From NCBI GenBank assembly GCA_040766005.1, contig JAXGRI010000011.1, positions 15,292-79,291 on the forward strand: a stretch of 64,000 nt of DNA, written 5' to 3'. Origin of the DNA: Flexilinea sp. GTDB taxonomy: Bacteria > Chloroflexota > Anaerolineae > Anaerolineales > Anaerolineaceae. Each line of letters begins with the position of its first letter. Position 1 is the stretch's first letter. Positions 1-10,891 of the stretch are shown here, piece after piece. The notes beneath the pieces were generated by a model, which was not told where the DNA came from, did no database searches, and saw only the letters and a program-made list of their open reading frames with translations. A program made the position numbers and the translations under genes.

Positions 1-565
1 TGGTTGACGGCGAGCTGAAAATTTTGATGGGAGTTCGATCAGATTCGCCCCGGCGTGAAGAAGATCTGCAAAAGTTGAAGAATTTGGGCGTCAAAATCTT
101 GTGATGCTGTCAGGCGATAACCAGAGGACAGTGGATGTGGTCAGCCGGGAACTCGGCTAGCAAAGCGCATAAATATGCTGCCTGAAGACAAATCGGCTTT
201 TGTCAAAGCTGATTGTAAAAAGTCAAATCGTAGCTTTTATCGGCGATGGTGTGAACGACAGTCCGTCACTGGCGTTAGCAAACATCGGTATCGCGATGGG
301 AAGTGGAACCGATGTGGCAATTGAGACATCCGATGTTGTACTAATGAATTCAGACTTCAGCCGCCTGCCCCATGCTCTGGGTTTGACGAAAGCCACTTCC
401 AGGAATATGAAGCAGAACATACTTATTGCGTGGAGTGTGGTTCTTTCTGCTTGCCGGCGTATTCTTCAGCGAATGGATGATATGTCGATCGGAATGCTGG
501 TACACGAGGCCAGTATCGCTACGTGTAATTTGAATGGTATGCGGCTTCTCGTTATAGCTAGATGA
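1..565 (+). CDS. Heavy-metal translocating P1B-type ATPase, C-terminal part (truncated by window edge, frameshifted)
   Basis: [31 protein letters not shown] hinge motif; MLSGDN upstream in another frame; HEAS in the last TM segment. Confidence 0.9.
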
Positions 566-613
566 AAAGATGGAAGTATCTATTATATTGATCAGCAGGG
601 GAAGGGTGTAGAA

Positions 614-844
614 ATGCAAAAGCTACATTAACTGGAAGCGTTGGTCTGCCAACGGCGTGTGTTCAAAAGATTGAAAATGCCGTGAAGTCTTTTGAGAACG
701 TCAACAAAAGAAGCGTCAAGTTTCTGTTTAATTGGTAAAGTCAATTTGACTTTGATGAAGAAGAAATTAGCGGTGGAAGATGTGGAAAGAGCGATTACTG
801 CGCTTGGATACGAGGTGATAAAGTCGCAGGTAAAAGCGAAATAA
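614..844 (+). CDS. Small HMA-domain metal chaperone (frameshifted)
   Basis: ATG at 614 after GAAGGGTG; reads MQK.. then VQKIENAVKSFENV and FDFDEEEISVEDVERAITALGYEVIKSQVKAK-stop across frames; follows the ATPase. Confidence 0.7.
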
Positions 845-853
845 ACGAACAGC

Positions 854-903
854 CGATCCCGTAAATTGAGATCTTGTCCCTTTTTCGCGGGATCGCTTTT
901 GTT
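854..903 (+). terminator. Possible intrinsic terminator after the HMA gene
   Basis: CGATCCCG (854-861) / CGGGATCG (888-895) followed by CTTTTGTTT; loop is long. Confidence 0.4.
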
Positions 904-1210
904 TAGAAGTTCTCTAAAGATCAGGAAGTTCATCCCCCGGCTATTCCTTTTCTATTCGCTTTTTGCTGCTTTATTCAGCCATGAGCGTTATTTTATGGAG
1001 CTTAACGGGCATTTGGACATGAGCAGGCGCGTCTTCAGCATAAAAAATAACAGGGTCATCAGTTGTGGGGTTTCGAGAAGCGGTCTGCGGGCCGCCTTTT
1101 TAAATGATGTGCGGCTCCGTTATTATGACGGTTGTGGATCGCAGTGCTGTCACAATTTGAGCAAAAAGAAATTTGTCACCCCAAAAAAATGTAGGATAAT
1201 TATGATCATA

Positions 1211-3123
1211 ATGGCTAAAACTGTGAGGGAAATATAAAAATTACTTTTTTCAACGCAAATGGGCGCTGAATTTTTTGAGTTGGATCCTGGAAGGAATTTT
1301 TGCGTTATCCAAGCCTTTTTGGATCCCTTCGAACCGCAAAATGCGGTTTTTTTGTTCGGATTTTCAAAAAGCGAGACTTCTGGTGTTGGGAATTTCTCTG
1401 CTTTTAATGGCTTGCCTGTTGGTTTTATTAACCATTGTGAGCAAGGCCAAACCCATTCAACAATCCTCACCCGGCAGCGGGTTGTTGGAAGATGAGAGCA
1501 GGGTTTTCCTCGCCGCATTGATCAGCTTTATTGTTTTTTGTTGTTGTCTTGGGCTTATCTTTTTACAGATCAGTAATCTGGATACTTTTTCAACTTTCAT
1601 CGCTTCTTTGTTCGAACGCTCGGGTGGGCTGATCTTATGGAGCGCCGCTATCTGCATAAAAATTTGGGTGCTGATTCTGATCTCTGCATACGCCGACCGG
1701 TTCCATTTTGCGCTTTCTTCACAACCGTGTTTTTCCAAGTGCTGCTTTTCCTGATCTTCGAGTCTGACAATGATGTTGTGCTTCAGCTATTATGACCAAA
1801 TGGACTGGAGACGCGAACTGCACGGAAAATTCGCAGTGTTCTTATTTCCTGCGCTGATAGCGGTGCTCGGGACGCGTCTTTATGAATGGAGAAAGAATAC
1901 GCCGTCCGCGCAGACGGTGCAGCGGCTGGTGCTGGCATTGTTCATTGCGGCGTTGACATTCAGTATAGTCCGGCTGACTGGCTATCTGATGTATCGTCTG
2001 AATAATCCGGCAAGGAGTTATTGGGATCTGTTGGCTGAGGCATTTCTTCAGGAGGGGCCTGGCTGATTAATCCTTCTACCAATCACGATCTGACGTTTTA
2101 TAACGGTAACTGGTATGTACCGAACCCACCGTTGCCGGCGTTGCTGCTGGTGCCGCTGGTTTGGCTTTTCGGTCAGGGCGCTATCAACATGACGCTGATC
2201 TCAGCTGTTCTGGCCGGATTGAACGCGCGATGATCCTCTTTCTGATTCTCGAACAGGCTGATTCAACGGGGATGATAAAAACCAGTTTGTCAACTCGCTT
2301 GTGGGCGACGTTTTGTTCGCTTTCAGCACTTGTCATTACTGGTTGGCGACATTGGGGCAAATGTGGTTTGTGAGCCAGCTGACTACGGTTTTGTTCTGCG
2401 GGCTGGCTTGTTGGGAGCTGTTATGCGCTTCCGTTCCGGCTGGAGTGGGCGGATGTTTTGGATTGGCACTGCTGGCGCGGCCGAATATTTTTCCGTTGGG
2501 GTTGTTTCTTCTGGGGATCCAACCTTGAAAATCTCGCCGGAACGGCTTGATGTGCCTGACTGGCGGAAAATATTGTCTGGATGGTTCAGTTTGCGTTTCT
2601 GGCACTGGCATGCGTCTTTGGGTTGCTGTGGTACAACTGGATTCGCTTTGAAGATTGGCTGGATTTCGGTTATGTGACGATTCATGGCGCACCGGGGATC
2701 GTGGAGGCTGTGCAAAAATATGGCATGTTCCATCCCTATTTTATCCGCGCCAACCTGAATATTATGCTTTTCAAACTGCCGAAATTTGATTTTTCAGGGC
2801 AAGGCTTCTTCTTCCAGCCCGGATTCGCCGGTTATAGCATCTTTGCTATGACACCAGCGCTGGTCTACGCTTTCCGCAGGCAGCGGCGCAACTGGTGGAT
2901 CGTTTCTGCCTGGCTTTCCATTCTGCTGACATTGGCATTATTGTTGCTTTATCACAATACCGGCGCTGAACAGGTTGGATACCGCTATTTAATGGATGCG
3001 ATCATCCCGATCATGCTGCTAATTGCGAATGGCGTTGGCGAAAAGCCGGGACGAATCTTCAAAGTGCTCACGCTCATAGGATTCCTGATTAATTTCTTTT
3101 TTCGATCTATTGGTGGTATCTGA
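1211..3123 (+). CDS. Polytopic membrane protein, GT-C-like putative glycosyltransferase (several frameshifts)
   Basis: Successive hydrophobic ORFs 1275-1754, 1770-2066, 2301-2528, 2581-3123; motifs DLTFYNGNWYVPNPPLPALL, LARPN, WYNWIRFEDWLDFGY, GYRYLMD. Confidence 0.6.
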
Positions 3124-3222
3124 TCGAACCTGATCCTTTTCCTTTTGTAAAATCTGCCATTTGCCGATCCGCTGCCGATTCCTGCTTTTTGAACCGTTTC
3201 AAGCGTTAAAATAAGAAAGGAT

Positions 3223-5682
3223 ATGACACTGATAAAAAAGTTACAAAACGGTATGCTAACGTCGCTGTCACCGCCGCGGGGTCAGACGGAGTTTTTCTTA
3301 TGAGATCCCGGATCACTTGGCGCCGATGATGCGGTTAGACAGCATGGTCGTTGTCCCATTCAAGAATGATTTTATGCAAGGGGTCGTTACCAGTTTTGCT
3401 GATTATCCTGAGTTAATTATCGGTCGATTAAAGAACTGGTTGATGCATCACCGGTGATTACGCCGATTGCAGCTGAAACTGGCAGAGATATTGGCAGAGC
3501 GTTGTCTTGCCCCATTTAATACATGTGTTAATGTTTTTCTCACGGAAAATGCAACATCTCGCAGATCCGGTATCGCCTGGTGAAAGCAGCGGAACAACAG
3601 AGGTGTCTGTCCAGTGATAAATCGTCTGCTCCGCGCGATCGGATTTTAGCGTTATTCGAAGGACAGCCACGGGCGATTAAAGAAACTGAGATCAAACGCG
3701 CTTTAGGGAAAATGCCATGGAAACAGGCCATGATGAATCTCCGGCAGGAAGGAATGATTCAGCAGGAAAAAGATTTTACAATTACAGCGCCTTCCCTCAA
3801 GATGAAGAAACTTATTTTGCCGGCAGATCGTCAGTGGAGAGAGATGATAGCGATAACCGGATTATCCAGGGTGAAAAGCACCCGGGAACGCAGAATCCGC
3901 ATCCTGGATGCGTTAGAGGGACATCCGCAGGGGATTTTGCTGGAGAGACTGCGGTCGGAATTTGGGCTGACTGCTTCAGACCTGAAATTGTTTGAAGCAC
4001 ACGGATTAGCAGAACAACGTCAGGTGCCAGACTGGCGTGAACCCGAGATATTGAGCGGCGATCCATACCCGGCTGAAGCGCCAATGTTGACGGCTGAACA
4101 GACGGTTGTGCTGGAATCAGTTCTCTCTTCCATGCAGTCTGCCGGAGAGAAAACACCTGCGCTGATTCAGGGGGTTACCGGCTCCGGCAAAACGGAAATC
4201 TATCTTAATCTTGCGGCAGATGTTGTATCCAGAGGCGGGCAGGTGCTGCTGCTGGTGCCGGAAATTGCGCTCACACCGCAGATTACCGCCCGTTTTGAGA
4301 ATCGCTTCCCCGGTAAAACGGGCGTTTATCATTCGAGGCTTAGTGCTGGACAGCGTTTTGATACCTGGTTCCGCGGGCGAAAAGGCGATTTAAGCGTGGT
4401 CATTGGCCCGCGCAGTGCACTGGCGGTTCCTTTGCCGAATTTACAACTCATCATTGTTGACGAATGCCACGATGATTCATTTTTCCAGACTGAAGCTCAG
4501 CCTTATTTTTCTGCTGTCCAGTGTGCTGCAGACTATGCCCGGCTGCTGAATGCACAGCTTGTGCTGGGAAGCGCTACGCCGACGATCGCGCAGCGCTACA
4601 AAGCGGAAAAGAGCGGCTGGAATATCCATCAGCTGACCAGAAGGGCATCAGGAGTCCCGCAACCCCTTACGCTGTTGATTGACATGCGTCAGGAACTGAA
4701 AGCGGGAAATCGGTCGTTGTTCAGCAGAAAACTAATTGAAGAAATGAAAACCACTCTGGCGCAGAAGAAGCAGACAATTTTGCTGATGAACCGCAGAGGA
4801 TCCGCCGGTTATACCTTTTGCCATGCCTGCGGACATGATTTCCGCTGCCCCAGATGTGAGGTGCCGCTTACCTGGCACCAGTCGTTGAAACGGTTGCAGT
4901 GCCATTTCTGTGGATTTACGGAAGCGCTGCCAGCCGCTTGTCCGACATGCGGAGAGAGTGAAATCCGGCAGTTCAGCGCCGGTATTGAACAAGTTGAATC
5001 GCAGCTCAGTACGCTGTTCCCGCAAGCGCGCTTGATCCGAATGGATGCGGAAACGACATCACGCCAGGGCGCCTATGACAAAATCCTTTCGCGCTTCCTC
5101 AACCGGGAAGCGGACATTCTGTTGGGTACAAAAATGGTGGCGAAGGGATTGGATTTTCCTGACGTGCGGCTGGCTGGCGTGATTCTGGCGGACGTCGGTA
5201 CCGGATTTCACGATTATCGTGTGGATGAACAGACTTATCAGCTGCTGACACAAGTTGCCGGCAGAGCCGGCAGACAGGAGACTCAGGGGCTGGCGATTTT
5301 GCAAACGTTCCAGCCGGAACGCTATTCTATTCAGGCGGCTGCGAGCTGTGAATACGAAACATTTTATCAACGTGAGATTCAGTTCCGCAAGACGATCGGA
5401 TACCCGCCATTCTCCCGGATCATCCGCATTTTGGTCCAGGATGAAAGTCAAGTGAAAGCACAGCAGGCAGCGGAAGCGTTGTATCAGCATCTGACCGCCT
5501 TGATCCGCCGGCAGCGGCGCAAAGGAATCGCTCTGATCGGTCCGGCACCCTGTTTTTTTCCGCGCATCCGTGGAAAATACCGTTGGCATGTGATCTTGCG
5601 CGGCAGGTCGCCGATGGATTTGCTGATGGAAATTGATCTGAAACAATATCGGGTAGAGGTTGACCCACCGAACATTTTGTGA
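3223..5682 (+). CDS. priA: Primosomal protein N' (5' end frameshifted)
   Basis: GVTGSGKTEIY, LVPEIALTPQ, DECHD, GSATP, four CxxC pairs, GTKMVAKGLDFP, QVAGRAGR, YPPF. Confidence 0.97.
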
Positions 5683-5696
5683 AGGAGTTTTTATCG

Positions 5697-6980
5697 ATGA
5701 ACAAGAGGAGTAAGATTTTTATAATTATGCTGGTCATTCTGACGGCGTTTCTAATCGAATCGGTTGGCGCTGTGCAGGCGGCGTATCAGCAGATCGCGGA
5801 ACCCTTTTGGGTGCCGGTTTTTCAACAGGATTTTAGTGCGGCGGACCAGCCAGTGGAAAACCGTCCGGATGTTGGCAGCGAGACGGCTGGCACTACCAGT
5901 GTCAATCGATCGCTCGATGAAAAAGGATACCATTGGGAGATCGTTTCCTCTGGCGGTCAATATGTGACTTTGCCAATCAGCAATCTTGTGTTTCCGTCGG
6001 AATTTCAATATGAGATCCGCCTGACACTTCAACTCCCGGATGTCGCGAAAACCGGTTGTGCCGGTTTTGCGCTTGGGAACGCAGAACAAACATTCCAGAC
6101 GTTTCTTTTGTGCAATGATTCAACCTATGCTATTTATCGCAATCAGGGTGGGCAGTGGACCCCGACGATTGATTTTGCCAAAGCTGATTTTGAGCCTGAA
6201 AAGCTGCTTGAAATCAGGGTCGTGCTGAACAAAGGTTGGGCTGATCTGTATCTTGGCGAGAAATTGCTGGATACCAGCGAGCTCGGGCTTGTGCCGGCCT
6301 ATCTGGCGCTGTTTGCTCAGCCAATTCAACCGCAGCCGACCGTTTTTACCTTCAGTAAGCTGGTTGTCTCCACCGCAACCGCGGATGGAGATAGTAATCC
6401 GTTCGGCGATTCTGTGCCGGATGAGATTGCCCGCACAATCCGTCTGCTGGAGAAAAAAGACCGTCTTCCTGGCGGCGTTTCCGGTGATTATGCATTGGCG
6501 AAGGATAACAACCAGTCGCTGGCGAAAATGGGCTATTTTCAGAGCAATATGTCGGGATTGAATCATAAAAATCTGCTGCTGCAATCCAACATCGAATGGA
6601 AATCCGCTTATAACCGCCCGGATTATAAGAATTCCGGCTGTGGGTTTACCTTCCGGGCGCAGAATAACGACTCGTTCATGCAAGTGTATATTGCGCTGGA
6701 CGGGAACATCTATCTGAAGGGCGTCCGAAATGGAGTAGAAGTCCCGCTGATCGCCTACAATTATGGAAATTGGAGCCTGGAAGGCAAAGGAACGCTGACC
6801 TTGGTTGCCAGCGATGCCAAACTATCTGTTTTGTATAACAACCAATTGCTGGGAACAGTGACGGATGCAACCTGGATTGCCTCCGGTGACGCTGGGTTTA
6901 CGGTCTGGTCCGGGACAAATTTTGAGACAGGAATCTCTTGTGCTTTTACTGAAAATCATCTCTATCAGTTCGTGGAATAA
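5697..6980 (+). CDS. Secreted protein with two tandem predicted beta-sandwich domains
   Basis: 433-aa ORF (GTG 5679 or ATG 5697 after AAGGAG); N-terminal signal peptide ending AVQA; two similar internal segments GCAGFALG..FLLCNDSTY and GCGFTFRA..YIALDGNIY. Confidence 0.75.
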   Translation: MNKRSKIFIIMLVILTAFLIESVGAVQAAYQQIAEPFWVPVFQQDFSAADQPVENRPDVGSETAGTTSVNRSLDEKGYHWEIVSSGGQYVTLPISNLVFPSEFQYEIRLTLQLPDVAKTGCAGFALGNAEQTFQTFLLCNDSTYAIYRNQGGQWTPTIDFAKADFEPEKLLEIRVVLNKGWADLYLGEKLLDTSELGLVPAYLALFAQPIQPQPTVFTFSKLVVSTATADGDSNPFGDSVPDEIARTIRLLEKKDRLPGGVSGDYALAKDNNQSLAKMGYFQSNMSGLNHKNLLLQSNIEWKSAYNRPDYKNSGCGFTFRAQNNDSFMQVYIALDGNIYLKGVRNGVEVPLIAYNYGNWSLEGKGTLTLVASDAKLSVLYNNQLLGTVTDATWIASGDAGFTVWSGTNFETGISCAFTENHLYQFVE

Positions 6981-7017
6981 TCAATAAATAATTATCGTTT
7001 ATACCAAATCTTGTTAC

Positions 7018-7061
7018 AATTGAAAGGCAAAACGGAAATTTTTCCGTTTTGCTTTTCAATT
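7018..7061. repeat. 21-bp-arm inverted repeat (terminator or operator)
   Basis: AATTGAAAGGCAAAACGGAAA-TT-TTTCCGTTTTGCTTTTCAATT with one mismatch. Confidence 0.75.
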
Positions 7062-7102
7062 TAGAGTGAAATACCCTCTCGCACAATTCCCCGGAGGTAC
7101 AA

Positions 7103-7944
7103 ATGACCCAATATTATCGCCCGAAATCCATAAAAAAAGCGCTGAAGCTGATGGATTCATTAGAGGGCAGCTATGCCCTGCTTTATTTTTCACCACGCGG
7201 CAAGCATATTATGGAATGGCAGACTGGAGATCTGATCGATCTGTCTGAAACGGGACTGGATACATTGAAATTCAAGCGCAAAGAAGTGCTGATCGGTGCA
7301 CTGGTCTCTTTTGAGACGCTTGCTAAGTCTGAGGAAATCAAAAGCCTTTGGAGCGGCGTTTTGAGTGAGTCAGCACGGATGAGCGCAACTATGGCGCTGC
7401 GCAACCTGGCTACGCTTGGCGGCGCGCTGCTCAACCCGCTGTTCCGGCGGAAGTGATTTTGACGCTGCTTGCGCTGAATGCAGAGGTGGTTCTGGTTAGT
7501 TCGGATACAAATGAGAAACGCATTCCTTTGGATGAATTTCTGAGCAATGGCAAACCGTTGCTGGCAAACGGACAGCTGATTTCAGCGGTTGCGATTCCGC
7601 TTCATGCAAAAACGCGCTGTGCATTGGAACGGGTGGCGCGGACGAAAAGCAGCGGTAGCATCGTCTCACTTGTTGTCAGCGCTCAACTGGGACAAAAGAA
7701 GGCACGTAATCTGAGGATTGCGGTTTATGGCGCTTCTCCCGCTCCGAAACGCTTTTATGAGGCTGAAAAAGGGCTGCTGGATGATGCGCTGACTGCTGCA
7801 TCCATCGAACATTGCGTCAGCATGATCGCAGCAGAGACGGAAGCGGTCAGCGATTATCTTGGCAGCGCGGAATATCGAACGGCAATGGCAGTCACATTGA
7901 CGAAACGGGCGCTCAATACCTTGAAAAAACAGATTCGTCAATAG
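7103..7944 (+). CDS. FAD-binding subunit of a xanthine dehydrogenase-family molybdoenzyme (YgfM/CoxM-like; frameshift near 7445)
   Basis: YYRPKSIKKAL start, ALRNLATLGG, DYLGSAEYR; GGAGG RBS. Confidence 0.88.
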
Positions 7945-7960
7945 GAACGCAGAGGAGACA

Positions 7961-10779
7961 ATGGAGATCAATTTTATTTTAAACGGAAAACCGATCGTCT
8001 GTGAAGGTGAACCATCGGATACCTTGCTGGATCTGTTGCGTTATCAGGGTTGTTACAGCGTGAAGCGCGCCTGTTATACCGGTGAATGTGGCAACTGCGC
8101 GATATTGATGGACGGCGTCTTGCTGCCTTCCTGCGTGATGCCGGCGCCGCAAGCTGAAGGACATGAGATTTTGACGGTCGAGGGGCTTTCGGAAGGCCGC
8201 GACCTACCCAATTCAGAAAGCGTTTGTTGAGACTGGCGCAGTTCAGTGCGGTTTTTGCACGCCGGGGATGATCTTGGCAACGAAAGCGCTGCTGGATAAA
8301 ACAAAATATCCATCACTCGATGATGCAAAAGATGCGTTGGGCGCAATTCTTTGCCGCTGTACCGGTTACTATCAACCGCTTGAATCCGTCATGAGAGCCG
8401 CGGCTTATTTGCGCGGCGAGGAAGTCCCGCCGTATACGCGGCCCGACTCTTTGGTCATTATGGATGAAGAAAAACGGAAGTCTTTTTATGCGATCGGCAA
8501 ATCGGAAATTAAAGTTGACGCGGCAAAAATGGCGAAAGGCAAACCGGTTTATACCGATGATATCGAACTGCCCGGCATGTTACACGGGATGCTGATGACC
8601 AGCCCGCACGCTCATGCCCGTATTAAGGATATCGATACCTCCGCCGCTGAGGCGTTGCCGGGTGTTCATGCTGTGTTGACGTATAAAAACGTGAAACGCC
8701 ATGTATACGCCAGCGGCAGCCAAACCTGGCCAAATCCCAAGCCGTGGGATCAGGTGTGTCTGGATAATAAGGTGCGTTTTGTTGGAGATCGGGTCGCTGT
8801 GGTCGCGGCTGAAACCGTTGAGCTTTGTGAAAAGGCGATCAGCCTGATCAAGGTCGATTGGGAAATCCTCCCGGCGGTTTTTGATATGGAAGCCGCGATG
8901 AAAGACGGCGCTCCGGTCATTCATGATGAACCGGATTGTGTGGACGTCGCGGATGCAAAACGAAATAAAGCTTTTGTGATCGATGCAGCATACGGCGATT
9001 TGGCGGAAGAGTTTGCGGCTTCAGATGTGGTAGTTGAACGCGTCTTCTATACGGCGCAGGTCCAACAGACCCGCTGGAACCGCATATTGTGATCAGCTGG
9101 TTGGATGAGGACGATCGCTTGGTCATCCGCACCAGTACGCAGGTCCATTCCATGTCCGCCGCATTATCTCACCGGTGATTGATGTTCCGGTAAAAAATAT
9201 CCGGGTAATTAAACCCCGGATTGGCGGCGGTTTTGGTGTAAAACAAGAGGTGCTGCTGGAAGATCTTTGCGCGCTGCTGACGTTGCGTACGGGCAGACCG
9301 GTACGTTTTTACTTCAGCCGGAAAGATGAATTCCGTTCGTCTCGTTCGCGCCATTCGGATCTCATCCGCTTCAAAGTTGGCGCGAGCAAAACGGGTAAAA
9401 TCCGGGCTATTGAAATGGACATGATCGAAAATGCGGGCGCTTATGGTGTGCACGGATTTACGGTTTGTAATGTGACGGGTACACGTGGGCTGTCTACCTA
9501 TCGGGCAAATGCACAGCGCTTTCACGCTGACATCGTTTACACCAATCTTCCGGTGCCGGGCGCTTTCCGCGGTTATGGCGGCCCGCAGGGAATTTATGGA
9601 GTAGAGTGCATTATCGATGAACTGGCAGAAGCGCTGAAGATGGACCCGATCAAACTCAGATTGAAGAACGTGGTTCGCCCGGGCGAAAATATCAAGATTA
9701 TGGAACAGCTGGCAGAGTTCGATCCCATTCCGCAATCAGTCAACAGCTATGGACTGACCCGCTGTATAGAGAAAGGGATGGAAGCGATTGGCTGGAACCG
9801 CTATCGTCGGCAGAAAGATCACCTTGACCCTGCCCGACCGAATATCCGAAAAGGGGTCGGGATGGCGATCATGATGCATGGTACTGCCATCGCCGGCATT
9901 GATATGGGCGCGGCGTCAATGAAAATTAACGATGACGGCTCATTCAATTTGCAGATGGGCGCGACGGATCTGGGAACCGGATCGGATACGATTTTGGCGC
10001 AGATTGCAGCGGAAGTGCTCAAGGTGCCGGTATCAAAAATCATCGTTTACTCGTCAGACACCGATTTTACACCATTTGACGTCGGCGCTTATGCTTCGAG
10101 TACAACTTATATTTCCGGGATGGCGGTTAAAGAAATGCGCAGAGAAAATTCGTGATCAGGTGCTGGAACGGGCTGAACTAATGCTCAACGTACCGCGCGA
10201 ACAGCTGACACTGGAAGATCAGAAAGTCAGTGCGCCGAATGGGGAATCGGTTACGATGGAAGATATCGCCCTGCACAGCTTGCATCGGAAAGATCAACGG
10301 CAGATTGCTGCGCACGCTTCTTACGTTTCGCCGGAATGTCCGCCGGTGTTTGCCACCCAGTTCGCGGAGGTTGAAGTGGACATTGAAACGGGACAGGTGA
10401 CAGTAGTGAAGCTGGTGATGGCAGTCAACCCCGGAATGGTCATCAACCCGACCACAGCTATTGGACAGCTGGAAGGCGGTCAGGCAACTGCGCTCGGTTA
10501 CGCCGTGTGCGAAGGATGTGTTATGACGAACGGGGCGACATGGTGAATGTGCGCTTCGGTGATTATCACATCTTGCAGGCTGATGAGATGCCGGAAATGG
10601 AATCTTATATTATTCCGGAAGATGAGGTGACCGGGCCGTTTGGTGCAAAGGCGCTGGCGGAGATCCCGACCGATGGTGTTGCCCCGGCGGTTGCCAATGC
10701 GGTTGCAAACGCGATTGGCAAGCGTATCAGTTCGCTGCCGATTGTACCGGAAAAAGTTTGGCGCGCGTTGCAGGAATAA
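7961..10779 (+). CDS. XdhD-like molybdopterin oxidoreductase with fused 2x[2Fe-2S] N-terminus (frameshifts near 8205, 9070, 9145, 10135, 10515)
   Basis: CYTGECGNC, QCGFCTPGM, CRCTGY, SPHAHA, RIGGGFGVKQE, AFRGYGGPQG, GATDLGTGSDT, GAYASSTT, GQLEGG, GPFGAKALAEIP. Confidence 0.92.
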
Positions 10780-10836
10780 ATATTACAACAACAAGTTTGT
10801 TATGGATAAGCTGCTGTGACAATTTTTGAGCTTGTG

Positions 10837-10880
10837 AAAAAGATGATCCGCGCCCAGTCAGGCGCGGATCATCTTTTTTT
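10837..10880. terminator. Bidirectional intrinsic terminator
   Basis: AAAAAGATGATCCGCGCC-cagtca-GGCGCGGATCATCTTTTTTT between convergent genes. Confidence 0.9.
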
Positions 10881-10891
10881 GACAGGAAAGA

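Noticed and set aside
1145-1162. TGCTGTCACAATTTGAGC similar to TGCTGTGACAATTTTTGAGC at 10812-10831
   Set aside because: Two imperfect copies in unrelated contexts (one between convergent gene ends); insufficient for a regulatory motif.
866-1237. 123-aa ORF between the HMA gene and the membrane protein
   Set aside because: No RBS or recognisable motif, and it overlaps a terminator-like hairpin; probably spurious.
7961-10779. Selenocysteine readthrough or programmed frameshifts in the molybdoenzyme (ORFs ending in TGA at 8230, 9092, 10155, 10546)
   Set aside because: Homology shifts frame before each TGA, so the stops are out-of-frame consequences of indels; the same pattern affects many unrelated genes.
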